DNA of 64,000 bases from Heterodontus francisci (GCF_036365525.1 NC_090382.1:101738595-101802594); one strand, 5' to 3'; shown: positions 36,755 through 50,630, counted from the stretch's first letter. The notes: a model not told the origin generated them from the sequence alone. Program-made: numbers and translations.

Positions 36755-39700
36755 AGAATCACAGAATTGTTACAGTGCAGAAGGAGGCCATTCGGCCCAT
36801 CATGTCCACAATGGATCTCTGAAAGAGCAAATCTCTCAGTTACATTCTCCAGCCTTCTTCCCTTAATCCTGCACATTCTTCCTTTTCATATAACTGTTTA
36901 ATTCCCTTTTGAATGCTTCAATTGAACCTGCCTCCACCATGTTCTCAGGCAGTGCATTCCAGACCTTAAGCACTCGCTGCATGAAAAAGTTTTTCCTCAT
37001 GCCACTTTTGCTTCTCTTACCAATTACTTTAAATCTGTGCCCTCTCATTCTCGATCCTTTCATGAGTGGGAACAGTTTCTCTCTATCTACTCTGTCCAGA
37101 CCCCTCATGATTTTGAATGCCTCCATCAATTCTCCTCTCAAACTTCTCTTCTCCAAGGAAAAGTCTTAACTTCTCCAATCTATCTTCATAACTGAAATTC
37201 CTCATCCCTGGAACCATTCTCATGAATCTTTTCTGTACTCTCTCCAATGCCCTCACGTCTTTCCTCAAGTGCGGCGCCCAGAATTGGACGCAATACTCCA
37301 GCTGAGGCTGAACTAGTGTCTTATACAAGTTCAACATAACTTCCTCACTCTTGTACTCTATGCCCCTATTAATAAAGCGCAGGTACTGTATGCTGTATTA
37401 ACCGCTCTCTCAACCTGTTCTGCCATCTTCAAAAACTTATGCACATATACACCCAGGTCCCTCTGCTCCTGCACCCCTTTAGAATTGTGCCCTTTATTCT
37501 ATATTGTCTCTCCAAGTTCTTCCTACCAAAATGAATCACTTCACATTTCTCTGCATTGAACTTCATCTGCCACCTGTCTGCCCATTCCACCAACTTGTCT
37601 ATGTCCTTTTGAAGTTCCACACTATCCTCCTCACAGTTCACAATACTTCCAAGTTTTGTATCATCTGCAGACTTTGAAATTGTGCCCTGTACACTAAGAT
37701 CTAAGTCAATATATATCAGGAACAGCAAGGGTCCCAACACTGATCCGTGGGGAACTCAACTACAAACCTTCCTCCAGCCCGAAAAACATCCATTAACCAC
37801 TACTGTTTGTTTCCTGTACTCAGCCAATTTTGTATCCATGTTGCTACCGTCCCTTTTATTCCATGAGCTACAAGTTTGCTCACAAGTCTGTTGTGTGGCA
37901 CTGTATCAAATGCCTTTTGAAAGTCCATGTTCACCACATCAATAACATTGCCCTCATCAAGCCTCATCATTACCTCCTCAAAAATGTCCAGCACATTAGT
38001 TAAACATGATTTTCCCTTAAGAAATCCATGCTGGCTTTCCTTAATTAACTCGTATTTGTTCATGTGACTATTGATTTTGTCCCAAATTATTTTTTCTGGA
38101 AGTTTTCCCACCACCGAAGTTAAACTGACTGGCCTGTAGTTGCTGGGCTTATCTTTATACCCTTTTTTGAACAAGAGTGTAACGTTTGCAATTCTCCAAT
38201 CCTCTGGCACTACCCCTGAGTCTAAGGAAGACTGAAAAATTATTGCCAGTGCCTCCGCGATTTCCACCCTCACTTCCCTCAGTATCCTTGGATGCATCTT
38301 ATCTGGCCCAGATGCTTTATCCACTTAAGTACAGACAGCCTATCTAATACATCCTCTTTATCAATTTTAAACCCCTGTAGTGTCTGACATACCTCCTCTT
38401 TCAACATTGCCTGGGTTGCATCTTCTTCATTGGTAAAGACAAATGCAAAGTATTCATTTAATACCTCAGCCATACCCTTTGCCTCCATTTGTAAATCCCC
38501 TTCTGGTCCCTAATTGGCCCCACTCCTCTTTTTACCACTCTTTTACTATTTATATGTCAATAGAAAATTTTGGGATTTCCTTTAATGCTAGCTGCCAATC
38601 TCTTTTCATGCTCTCTCTTTGCTTCTCATATTTGCTTTATCGCATCCCCTCTGGACCTTCTATATTCAGCCTGATTCTCAATAGTATTTTCTACCTGCAT
38701 CAATCATAAGCACACTTTTTCTTCTTTATCTTAATTTCTGCCTCTTTTGCCATCCAGGGAGCTCTAGATTTGTTTGCTCTACCTTTCCCTTCAAGGGAAC
38801 ATACCTTGATTGTGCCCAAACTATCCCTTCTTTGAAGGTAGCCCATTGTTCATCTACTGATTTTTCTGCCAGCTTTTGACTCCAATTTATTCACCCAGCT
38901 CCATTCTTACCCCATTGAAGTTGTCCTTCCTCCAGTTAATTATTCTTACCCTGGATTGCTCTTTGGCCTTTTTCAATAGTCATCCTAAACCTTATGATAC
39001 AATGATCACTATTCCCTAAATACTCTCCTACTGATACTTGATTCACTTGGCCCACCTCATTCCCAAGAACCAGATCTAGCAGTGCCTCCTTTGTTGTTGG
39101 ACTAGCAACATACTGTCACAGAAAATTTCCATTCTTACCCCATTGAAGTTGTCCTTCCTCCAGTTAATTATTCTTACCCTGGATTGCTCTTTGGCCTTTT
39201 TCAATAGTCATCCTAAACCTTATGATACAATGATCACTATTCCCTAAATACTCTCCTACTGATACTTGATTCACTTGGCCCACCTCATTCCCAAGAACCA
39301 GATCTAGCAGTGCCTCCTTTGTTTTTGGACTAGCAACATACTGTCACAGAAAATTTTCCTGAACACTCAAGGAACTCTTGTCCCTCACTGCCCTTTACAC
39401 TACTATTATCTGAGTCTATGTTTGGATAATTAAAGTCCCCCATTATAACTACCCTATAATTTTGCACCTCTCTGTAATTTCCTTGCAAATTTGTTCCTCC
39501 ACGTTCATCCCACTAGCTGGTGGCCTATAGACAACACCAAGCAATGTAACTGCAACTTTTTTGTTCCTTAGTTCTAGCCAAATTAGTTCTGTCCTCGACC
39601 CCTCTGGGACATCCTTTCTCTCCATCACTGCAATGCTCTCCTTAAATCAATACCACCACCCCTCCCACTTTTTTCCCTTTCCCATCTTTCCTGAACATCT

Positions 39701-40130
39701 TGTATCCAGGAATATTTAACACCCAGTCCTGTCCTTCTTTGAGCCAGATCTCTGTTATAGCCTCATCATATTTCCACATGGCAATCTGCGCCAATAACTC
39801 ACCAGTCTTATTATCCACACTCCATGCATTCACATACACGCACATTAACCCTGATTCAGACTTTATTACTTCCTCCCTTCCTCTCACCCCACCTAATAAT
39901 GTACTATTCCCTACTCTCCCAGTATTCTGTGCACCTTGGTATTCCTCTCTAATACTTGCTCCTGGTTCCCACCCCCAGACAAGTTACCAGCTTTGCTTCT
40001 CTCCAATCTGAGCTCCCTCTCAGGTTCCCATCCCCCTGACAATTTAGTTTAAACCCTCCCCAACAGCACCAGCAAATCGCCTGCGAGGATATTCATCCCA
40101 GTCCTGCTAAGATGCAACATGTCCATCTTG
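36755..40130 (-). mobile_element. CR1 LINE, most of ORF2 (decayed)
   Basis: Endonuclease (YVNAWS...AITEIWL) through RT (NYRPVSLTS, DFQKAFD, SADDTK) to the 3' UTR. Confidence 0.92.
38901..39356. repeat. 228-bp perfect-type tandem duplication inside CR1
   Basis: 38901-39128 is repeated at 39129-39356. Confidence 0.93.
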
Positions 40131-41262
40131 GTGTGGACAGTGGCTCCTCAGCCCCTCTGATGGTGATGGCATCGCTTCATGAAGCTGCAGAGACAGAGGT
40201 AGGCCTACACTTGTGTGGGTAGCCCTCAATATGCCATGGCTCTCAAGGCCTCAGACAACTGGAGAACGACTGTCACAGTCATCGAAAGTCATGCAGCAGA
40301 AGTGTCAGCAGCCTGCCTGCACTTCAGCTGACAGTGTAGGGGGAGCTTATGAAAAAGTCCACCCTAGATCCTGATGTTAGATGTCACCTAGCTGTGCACT
40401 TGTCTTAAATGAATTGTGAAATTCAGCCCCATGGTGACCTGCAGCACGACAGGCATTGGGTGCCTGCCCCTTTCTGTCAGGCTCCACACATCTGCCATCA
40501 TGGCACACAGCTTGGTGACGTCCTCCCTGGAGAGGCGCAGTCTTCGGTGACACTGCTACTCCAACATTTGTAGGAAGTTGCCCCTCTGAGGGTAGACCTT
40601 CTTGTCATCTGCACACAAGTGGCTGGTTGCGTGCCCTCTGTGCCCTCCTCCTTTCCCCCTTCCAGGCTCCAGATCCTGCTGCCCTTCTGGTTCCTGCTGC
40701 CTGTGGCTGCAGCTCTCTCCCTCTCTGATGTTCCTCCTCACTGGAGGTTTAAGTGAATGAGGCACATGGAAAATAGCTGCACTCAGTTCTCTGGGCCACC
40801 CACTCTCTTTGTTCTGTAGATACATGTGTCACGTCTGAGAGGGTACTCAAGCGGAATGCCCCCAATCTGTAGACAAGTTAGCCCCTGTTCTCGATTGCTA
40901 CTTCCGCTGGCCAACCAGCTCCACCCTCCCTGCCAAGCCACACTATCACTCGCAATGGCTGCCGACTGCAGCTAACACTGACATCCCGCTAAACCTCGGC
41001 CTGGTTATAGCTGGTGAGGTGCTGAAGCGCCGGTGTTCCCATGCACCCATGGAAAAATTAATAAAATTTGGTAAAATTGCTGTTTATTGCTTGTTTAACA
41101 GGCTTAATTTATATTCCTGCCTCGCTGCCGCACGACCTCCTCCCACCAGCCCGGCCGCCATTGGCGTGAAGATGTTGTGCTTCCTTCCTGACGCATTCGC
41201 TTCAATTTTATGACTCTTCCTGCTTCCCAGCCTGTCTCCAATGGGCTGGTAAAATCTAGCCC

Positions 41263-41590
41263 AGAGACTCTGGTTTCACATGTCAGGAAGAGCAAAACTA
41301 CAGGCCATCGATACAAGCTAATCACCCAGAAATCAAACAAGGAATTCAGAAGAAACTTCTTTACCCAGAGAGTGGTGAGAATGTGGAACTCAGTACCACC
41401 GGGAGTGGATGAGGTGAAGAGTGTAAATGCATTGAAAAGGAAACTAGATAAGCGCATGAGGGAGAAAGGAATTGAGGGTTACGCTGATAGAGTTAGATGA
41501 GGAAGAATGGGAGGATGTTCGAATGGAGCATAAACACTGGCCTGGACTGGTTGGATCAAATGGCCTGCTTCTGCACTTTGTCATCTATGT
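41263..41590 (+). mobile_element. CR1 3' end (right part of the element split by Harbinger)
   Basis: TTGHRYKL...RRNFFTQRVVRMWNS. Confidence 0.85.
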
Positions 41591-41709
41591 AAATCTAAAC
41601 AGCCATTCCTATTGTAATTGTGATATAAACAATGACTGAATAAATAGACAGTATTGTCCTTGAACCCTTTTATAATGGACCCGATTGCTAAAGATTGATA
41701 GAAGAAATA

Positions 41710-42080
41710 TAGAACACATAGAAAGTATAGAAAATTGATGGCATACAAGGAGGCCATTTGGCCCATCATGTCAGAAAGAGCTATCCAGCCTAATCTCACT
41801 TTCCAGCTCTTGATCTGTAGCCCTGTAGGTTACAGGAATTCAGTGAGTGTCAAAGTATTTTTCATAAAATGCTGTGAGGATTTCTGCCTCTAGTACACTT
41901 CCAGGCAGTGAGTTCCAGACCGCCACCAATCTCTGGGTGAAACAGTTTCTGCTCAACTCCCCATTAATCCCTCGACCAATTGTTTTAAACCTATCTCCCT
42001 GGTTATTGACCTCTCTGATAAGAGAAATAGGCCCTTCCTATCCATTCTATCTAGGCCTGTCATAATTTTAGACACAACAA
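41710..42080 (-). mobile_element. CR1 3' end
   Basis: Reverse-complement CR1 3' ORF and UTR. Confidence 0.75.
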
Positions 42081-42257
42081 TTAAATGTCAATTACATTTT
42101 CTCAGCTGAATTGTTTAAATATCTCAGAACGTTTCATTGCATATCTGAAAAGTTTCCTAGCTAAAGTATTAAACTAGAAACAAATATTTAACCCAATGCA
42201 ATCAGTGTTTCTATATCAACAATACCTAAAGCCACATAATTTGGTTCATCTACTTAC

Positions 42258-42335
42258 TGTCTTCGTTTGCCTTTCTATTGACCATTTCATATTCAGCAAA
42301 ACTACTTGTCTCAGGCACTGGAGCCTTGTTATCTC
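42258..42335 (-). CDS. Ig receptor exon: cytoplasmic 2 (YEMV motif)
   Basis: poly-T cag|GA...GAC A|gtaagt; 78 nt, phase 1-1. Encodes GDNKAPVPETSSFAEYEMVNRKANED. Confidence 0.82.
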
Positions 42336-43198
42336 CTGAAAAAAAAAATTCTCATTAAATTATTAGCATGGTCTGATTTTCGAAAAGCTGTGTCAGGTAT
42401 TTCTACAAAACTGCTCCATTGCTGATGAGATATATTTGAATGATTAGAAATATGGGATCAGTCCCCCAGAGAAAACAAATTGCCTAAAAAAAATCTTCAT
42501 GCCCTACAGCATCTTTAAACTAGCTGTTACGAGTTTTTTTTAGAAACACTAAAGTATGTGACATATGCTGGAGGCATTGAATAATGTCAGGTGGTATTTC
42601 AAAGAATGCATGACTGCTCTTTGAGAGGGGAAGTGTTAAGGATTCAAAATGCAGCTATTAATCTGACTGTTAACTGAGACACACGGCAAACTATAAATGA
42701 GATTTAAACTAACATAGGCTATCGTTGTGTGATGTGGTTTCTTAATGTTTATGGTTTGGACTACATTGTAGAAGGTTCCAGATCAATTCCAAGTCTTGAG
42801 TTCCAGTTGCTCTCAAGGAACAAACTCCAATAGGTTTATGGTTGGGTAACTGTGTCTAGTCTCACCAGCAGTCGTCTTACTCCTGAGTGTTGTTAATCGT
42901 GATCTTTGAGTAGTCTGTGCCCTACAGCATCCTGGGAACTAAGCTTTAGAAAGCATCTGAATAAAAAAAAGACTCTGCAGTGGAGACCTCATAGTAAAAA
43001 TGGGACGTGATTATGAAAGATAAGAAAATGCATTTGCATTCTACAGGATATTTGGACGTGACAGAATAAAGGCATAACATTTTTGTACTTGAGTGTCTTT
43101 TTAAGTGTAATTGAAAATTAAAAAGGGAATATATAATTGTCATAAACAAATGGAGAACAGCACTTGTAAATTTTCCAATATTAGTGTTTAAATGTTAC

Positions 43199-43297
43199 CT
43201 TGTATTTTCTGTATTTCATTAATATTTGAGTAAAGACGAGATGCATCTTCTATATTTTCCCCTTGCTGCAGAGATTTCTCTTTTTGATTTCCCAAAT
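43199..43297 (-). CDS. Ig receptor exon: cytoplasmic 1 (YSNI motif)
   Basis: gaacag|AT...CAA G|gtaaca; 99 nt, phase 1-1. Encodes DLGNQKEKSLQQGENIEDASRLYSNINEIQKIQ. Confidence 0.8.
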
Positions 43298-44974
43298 CTG
43301 TTCATACAAAGATTAAAATGCATTCATCTTGCCTTCAAAATTTTTACACATTCTAATAAGCAAACTCAGTTTTTAAATAGACCATTAGCACAGATATGAC
43401 AGACATTGTGACAAGACATAATGATATCTCTGCAGATACCAGATGCTTGACTTGTTTCAAGTCCCACTCCAGGACCTGAGCACATAATGTTGGCTGATAC
43501 TTCAGTGCAGTACTCAAGGAGTGCTGCATTATCAGAGGTGAATAGGATATTAAACCGACATTCCGCCTGTTCAGTTGAAAGTCAAAGATCAAAACCCAGA
43601 GTTCTTCCAGTATCCTGGACAAAATTTCTCTCTCAACCAACAGCATCAAAAAATAGACTCAGTGATTGATCATCTCATTTGTGGTTGCAGGCTCCTCATT
43701 AGTTGAATTTGATTGCTATGTTTGTGCAGGTAACTGGACACTTCAAAAGTAATTTATTGGCTGTGAAGTACAACAGGACAACACTAGATGAATGATCACT
43801 TGGTCTGTTTTCTTGACACTGTTGGTTGAACAGAGAGGTTTCTGCCAGGATACTGGGAGAACTAACAGCATTGATCTTTGACTGAACAGGAAGTGTGTCA
43901 GCTTAATAATCCTATTCATCTCTGCCAATGCAGCACTCCCTCAGTAATGCACTGAAGAATCAGCTTAGATCATGAGCTCATGTGCTGGACGAATAATCCA
44001 GATGTTTGGACTAATAGTCCAGAGAACGTGGGTTGAAATGCCACTGTGGCTGTTTGAGAATTTGAATTCATATTAACAAATATCTGGAAGTAAAGAGCTG
44101 CTATCTATAAAAGTGACAATGAAGCTAATGGATTTTCTAAAAATCCAACTGGTTCACTAATTCTGTGTAGGGAAGCAAACTTTCCATCCTTACCTGGTTT
44201 GGCCTATGTAAGTCCAGTCCCCCACAAACTTGGTTGACTTTTATCTGTCCTCTGATGTGGGCTAGCATGCCATTCATTTATATCATAGGCAACTAGGGAT
44301 GGGCAATAAATGCCAGCAAACCCCACAGTCTGAGAATTATTATTTTTAAGTGTGGTTCTATATAAATGGAAACTTTATTTTTCCTTTACCTCACATGTGA
44401 TAAGATGTCTTATTTTCTTTCCCTAATTTTAGGAATGTATTTCCATGGGCAGTAACAAACTGTCTCTATGACTGTGGACACGGATGGTGGGCATAGTTGG
44501 ATAACTCTTCTGTGGACATCAACACATTTAAGGCTACTTGTGGCTTCATTAAATGTTATCATAAATGCATATCCAACAACCAGAGGCACTTCTCAATGAA
44601 GGCAGCTGAAGGGAGTAAACCACTCTGGTGATATACCCTCAGCTTGGTATTGCAGAAAATAGAGTAAAAACTGTTCCAGATCAACAGATTTCTAAGCATC
44701 AGCTTCCACATATTTTAATAATATTTCTCCCTTTCCTTAAAGTGCTTTTATGGAAGAAATCAGCCCTTCAATACCTAACATAGAAACTGTGTGACAAATA
44801 AGGTCTAAGGTTCATCCAGGTCACCTTCTACTATTCTGGTTGTCACATGAAACAGCAATTTTGGAGTTGCTGACTAAACATAGGAATCACTCTCTATCAA
44901 TTAGTCTGCAACAAAACCAGACAGAAGGCAAGAAATTCCCCAGTATTGAAAGCTTTGGGTCATAGGTCCCAAAT

Positions 44975-46775
44975 CACATAAGAACATAAAAAAATAGAAG
45001 CTTGAATAGGCCATATGACCTCCTCGAGTCTGCTCTGCCATTCAATAAGATCATGGTTGATCTGATCTTGGCTTCGACTCCACTTTCCTGCCTGTTCCCC
45101 ATAACCCTAGACTCCCTTGTTGTTGAAAAATCTGTCTCGCTCAGCCTTGAATAAATTCAATGATCCAGCCTCCACAGCTCTCTGGGTAGAGAATTCCAAA
45201 GATTCACGACCCTCTGAGATAAGAAATTCCTCCTCATCTCCATCTTAAATGGGAGACCCTTTATTCTGAAATTATGCCGGCTAGTTCTAGATTCTCCCAA
45301 GAGGGGAAACATCCTCTCAGCACCTATCCTGTCAAGCCCTCTCAGAATTACATATGTTTCAATAAGATCACCTCTTATTCTTCTAAACTCTAATGAGTAT
45401 AGGCCCAACATGATTAACCTTTCCTCATAAGATAACCCCATCATCCCAGGAATCAATCTAGTGAACCTTCTCTGAACTGCCTCCAATTCATGTATATCCT
45501 CCTCAAATAAAGAGATCAAAACTGTATGCAGTTATCTAGGTGTGGTCTCACCAACCATCCTGTACAGTTGTAGCAAGACTTTCCTACTTTTATACTCCAT
45601 CCCCCTTGAAATAAAGGCCAACATTTCATTTTTCCTTCCTAATTACTTCTTGTATCCACATGCTAACTTTTCTTCTTTCATGTTCAAGGATACCCAGATC
45701 CCTCTGTGCAGCAACAATTCTGTACTCTTTATCCATTTAAATAATATTTTGCTTTTCTATTCTTCATACTAAAATGGATAACCTCACATTTTCCCATATT
45801 ATATTTCATCTACCAAATTTTTAGCCACTCACTTAACCTATCTATATCTCTTTGCAGACTCTGAGTTCTCCTCACAACCTGCTTTCTCACCTATCTTTGT
45901 AACATCCACAAATTTGGCTCAGTCCTTTCACCTGAATCATTAATATAGATTGTAATTCATTGAGGCCGCAGCACTGATTCCTGTGGTACCCCAGTAGTTA
46001 CAGTTTGCCAACCTGAAATGATCCATTTATCCTGACTGTCTGTTTGCTGTTAGTTAGCCAATCCTTTATCCATGCTAATATATATTAACCCCAACAATAT
46101 GGGCTCTTATCTTGTGGCACCTTATTGAATGCCTTTTGGAAATCCAAATACAATACATCTACGGACTCCTCTTTATCCACCCTACTCATTACATCCTCAA
46201 AGAACTGTAATTAATTTGTCAAACACTACTTCCCTTTCATTAAACTATGTGGACTCAGCTTGATTGTATTATAATTTTCTAAATGTCCTGCTACTACTTC
46301 CTTAAAAATGGATTTTAGCATTTTCCCAATGACAGATGTTCGGCTAACTGGCAGAAAGGTTTTTGCTTTCCGTCTCCCTTCTTTCTTGGATAGGGAGTTC
46401 ACAATTGTGATTTTCCAATCTGCTGGGAACTCTCCAGAATCTAGAGAATTTTGGAAGATTACAGCCAATGCATCCACCTTCTCTGCAGCCACTTCTTAAG
46501 ACACTTCTTAAGGATGCAGGCCATCAGAACCAGGGGACCTGTCAGCCTTTTGTCCCATAAGTTTGCCTAGTACTTTTTCTCTAGTAATAATGATTGTTTT
46601 AAGTTCCTTCATCCATATTGTCCCCCGATTTTCTACTATTATTGGGATGCTGTTAGTGTCTTCAACCATAAAGACAGATACAAAATATTTGTTCCTCCAT
46701 TGCCTTGTTTCCCATTATTAATTCCCCAGTTTCATCCTCTAAGGGACCAACGTTTACTTTAGCTACTCTCTAGCT
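44975..46775 (-). mobile_element. CR1 RT region (decayed)
   Basis: IFQNSLDSGEFPADWK and LEAVQRRFTRLIPG motifs. Confidence 0.88.
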
Positions 46776-47059
46776 ACTGGATAGTTCCATGGAGAGCTGG
46801 CATGGAATCGATGGGCTGAATGGTCTCCTTCTGTGCCGTAAATGACTCTATGACTCTTCCTTTTTATATGCTTATAGAAGCCTGGTCCTCCAAAGCATGC
46901 TACATTTGTCATATATTATGTTCCAAATTATTCATATATTGTATCCTAAAATGATATTTTCTGAAAGAAATCTAATTTCCAATTGAATCAATCAACACCG
47001 GGTGCTTCCACTGTCTCTCTAGAACGTTTGTTCACTTAAGCAACCTGCCTTTAACAGAA

Positions 47060-47660
47060 TAAGGAGCAGAGGAAATAGGAGCATGCTCAACCATGAATTA
47101 GGATTCTGGCTGAACTGCTTCCCACCCTATCCTCAAATCCTTTGATTCCCTTATTGCCCAAAAGTTATCAATCTCAGTCATGAATATACCCATCGACTGA
47201 GCACCCACAGCCCTCTGGAACAGAGAATGGCAAAGTTTTGCAACTCTGAAGACGTTTCTCCTTGCCTCAGTCCTAAATGACTGACCTCTTATCCTGAAAC
47301 TATGACCCCCTAGTTTTAGTCTCCAGCCAGGGAAGGTTCTCTCAGCAGCTACCCCGTCAAGATCTCTAAGAATTTTATGTTTGAGAATGAGATACCTCTG
47401 ATTCTCCTAAACTCCAGACAGTATCAGCCCATTTTATTCAATCTCTCCTCAAATGATAGCCCTCTCATTCCAGGAATAAATCTAGTGATCTTTCATTGCA
47501 TGCCATCTAAGAGACCACAACTGTGCACAGAATTCCAGCTGTGGTTATACCAAAGCACTGTATAATTGCAGCAAGATTTCCTTACTCTGATTCTCGAACC
47601 CCATTCAATAAAGGCTAACATACTATTTGCCTTCCTAATTGCTTGTTGTAGCTGTACGTC
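47060..47660 (-). mobile_element. CR1 3' fragment (decayed)
   Basis: Homologous to the 3' part of 44975-45700. Confidence 0.7.
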
Positions 47661-48198
47661 AACATTGAGTGAACTTGGAGAGTTAAGGTTATCGGGGGGG
47701 CATCACATTTGAGCCCAATTCTCTTCACAACAAATGTACAGATATACACACATTGCAAAAAACTCCAGAACATAATCAACATTATTCAACTCAGTCTGTT
47801 ACATTTCACAGGTAAAATTCCTAGTTAAAATATGAATCCATACCTCTATAGAATATTATATGTTAGTTTATTTGTGTTCTTCAAATCTTTTCATTACCAG
47901 ATATACCGGAAAATAAGTGCAGAGAGGGTACCTCCGCCCCAGCTATTTAAATGAGCTGCTGCACGTGAAATCGTGGCGGCTCTTTGGCATGCGACCTTAC
48001 GATGTCGGTGGCGGGTTCTTAAAATCCAGCCCGTTAACTCCGTTTCTCTCTCCGCAGATGCTGCCTGAGCTGCTGTGTATTCCCAGCACTTCCTGTTTTT
48101 ATTTCAGCTTTCCAGCATCTGCAGTATTTTCCTTTTATTTTCACATTTTATTACATTTGTGAAACCTAAAATTGGTTGCAACAATTTACATATCTTAC

Positions 48199-48306
48199 CT
48201 GCAACCTTGCACTTGCTTATACACAGCACTACTGCCAGGATAATGATGAGGAGAACAGCCAGACTTCCAAAAACAACAACATGTGTATGCTTAAAAGTGT
48301 AACCAC
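48199..48306 (-). CDS. Ig receptor exon: transmembrane
   Basis: ttcttcacag|GT...GCA G|gtaaga; 108 nt, phase 1-1. Encodes SGYTFKHTHVVVFGSLAVLLIIILAVVLCISKCKVA: uncharged hydrophobic helix followed by Cys and Lys residues. Confidence 0.88.
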
Positions 48307-50077
48307 CTGTGAAGAATGATCACAGATTTCACATTTAGATAATAGTTAACTTTTTTTTAAAAACTCCCTAATGACCCAGTAGATAAACCTACTGCCTGAT
48401 TTACCATCAAATTGCACAGACGAGAAGATCATAGGTTTAAATCCTGATCCAAGTAAATTGACCTCACTAAGGAATGTTGGAGTATTACAACTGTTCTGAG
48501 TGCCCTTCAATGAGGGACAGGAAAAAATAAATCACGCAGGATTCTAGTTCCTAGTTGTAATCTGATGATTCTTTCTGAAAAGAAGATATGTATAGTTGAC
48601 TGGTAAGTAAAGGATCTGATTCAGCTGTGATGTTTCCTGCTGCACAATAGGTGAATGATACTCATTGTCTAATTTATACTTGAATAATGGTTGGTTGAAT
48701 TTGAGCTGTACTCAGAGGGGTTCTCCTTAAGTTTGTGGGATAGTGTAAAGCAGATGGAAATAAAAATGGAGAGAGATGTATAAGGGGCTGGTGACTCACT
48801 CCCACACATTTACACTATCACACAGAGTCAACATCTACCCTACAGTGGGATGAAAGGAGAGAGGAAAAATCTGGCAGTGAATTCAGACAGAGAATTTGTA
48901 CAATATCACCCTGGCTATAATACTGAATAAGAATGAATCCTTGACAGTGCATTCTCAATATTGGCACCATGCTGCATATTAGATCCGCAAGACTCTACCA
49001 TGGAATGTGTTTGCGACCATGATGTGCCACAAACTAAATTTACAATCTCAGTCCTGGTTTCAGAAGGAAGTGGGAAAAGTGTGGATGAGCATTTCCCTGG
49101 GAGAGTGAAAAGATAATGCGGCAACCAGTGACCTCATACAGTTCCCTGTGGCAGGTTGGAAGGTATCTTCAGTAGAGACCTGGAAATAGCCAAATGTCCA
49201 CATTGCGTCAGGGAGGAGATGTTGCAAAGGATGGGATGCCAAAAGAAAAGGGGATAGATTATGGTATTGGAAATATTATAAAAATAAGCCTCTTCCTTTC
49301 GAGATTACTCATTCCAAGTAACTGTGCTCAACGAACGAATGTTTTGATAACTGATTTTGCAACTAACCACAAAATGTGGAATTTTTATTCCTGTTTCTGA
49401 TCAGAAGGCAAGAGCTTAAAACAATTGCTGAGGGTTTGTTAAGCAGGGTTCCCTCCTATTGTTATTCAATTCAACAGAAAATGATATAAATGTGATCCTG
49501 GCACCATCAGGATGGGTCGAATGACCTCCATTTGTGTTGTATTATATGAAAAGAAGGCCATTTAACTCATGAATGCTCACCTCTACCAGACAGCACGTTC
49601 AACTCACCTTATCAGTATCACTGTCCCAAAAATTTAAGTGGTGCTTTTCCTAGTCTTAACATCAATATTACACCTGAAAAATGGGCACTATGCACAAGAA
49701 CAATGGAGGCAAATCCTGTGCTTCTGTTTTCCACCTGAATAGTACTACATTTGAATTTCCTGTGTATTTTTAGATCGTGGGTTCTGAATTTAGTTGACCA
49801 ATGTAAGTTACATGCAGCTAAGTATCAAAGTCCTTTGCACTCAGATTCCCTGGCTACTCTATTGCTAGGTGCAATTCAGAGGCAAATTTACGACAAAATA
49901 AGGAACCTGGAGCTTTAGCTTCCAGAGCTATAAAGTTGAAATTAAAGTTGAGTAAATAGAATGCAAGTTATTGCTGCTCCCTTCCCAATCCAATTTCATA
50001 TCGATCTTGAGTAATAGGTAGATAACCTTTCCTATCATTCCTCACCCAATCATTCCCTGACCAGTCATAGAGTCATA

Positions 50078-50630
50078 GGCTGGAATTTAATGATGAGGCA
50101 GCCACCCCACCCACTGGCTGGAAAGCCAGGGGTGGGCCCACATCCGCCGGATCTGAAATCCATACCATCACCCCTCTGAGGCAGGAACTCCCGTCGCCAA
50201 GTATTGCCAGCCAATCAGAGGGCTGACAGCTCTTCAGTCCCAGCAGCGCCACTGGGAATGGTGGCTACCAATCAAGAAGAGGACAATGGATGCTAGTCTC
50301 CAAAAAAGGTAAGTGGGGGTTGGGCCTTGCCACAGAGAATTGGCTAGGCCCAGGCGAGGGGTATTTGGAGGGGTGGGGGTGGTGGTGGTGTGAGTGTTGG
50401 AGTCCAGGGTGGGGGGGGGGGGGGTGTTGTTTTAGGAGGCAGCAGCAATTAATTGACCACTTAAGGGCCTCAGTTGGCCTGGGGCAGCCAGGCTGTTTTC
50501 CACCTTACCCGCTGCTGTAAAATAGCACCGGAGGTGGGTAGCAGCAGGCACAGCCTCTGCCTCTCATAGGGTATTATGCCCTCCCTGCCTCCTATACCAT
50601 TCCCGTGGGGGTGTGTGTTAAATTCCAGCC
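50078..50630. mobile_element. Harbinger-type MITE inserted in a CR1 microsatellite tail
   Basis: ATA-ggctggaatttaa ... ttaaattccagcc-ATG (imperfect TSD). Confidence 0.72.

Larger units (their letters stand above)
33644..41262. mobile_element. Decayed autonomous-type PIF/Harbinger transposon (Myb/SANT-like ORF on +, transposase remnant on -) with nested LINEs
   Basis: AGA-gggtcggattttac ... gtaaaatctagccc-AGA. Plus strand: SPRFSEASLDILLQAV (33938) and VVPRTWLQCRKSVIDL (~35510). Minus strand: VYPQRGNFLQMLE*QCHRRLRLSREDVTKLC (~40500-40600). Confidence 0.78.

Noticed and set aside
44390-44640. Extra cytoplasmic exon ending at gag|gtaaag
   Set aside because: The required phase-1 frame has TGA immediately before the donor, and there is no convincing acceptor.
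48915-49179. Extra stalk exon or secreted-form terminal exon between D4 and TM
   Set aside because: The acceptor at 49179 gives a stop after three codons, and the alternative frame has no good donor or recognisable motif; unsupported without transcripts.
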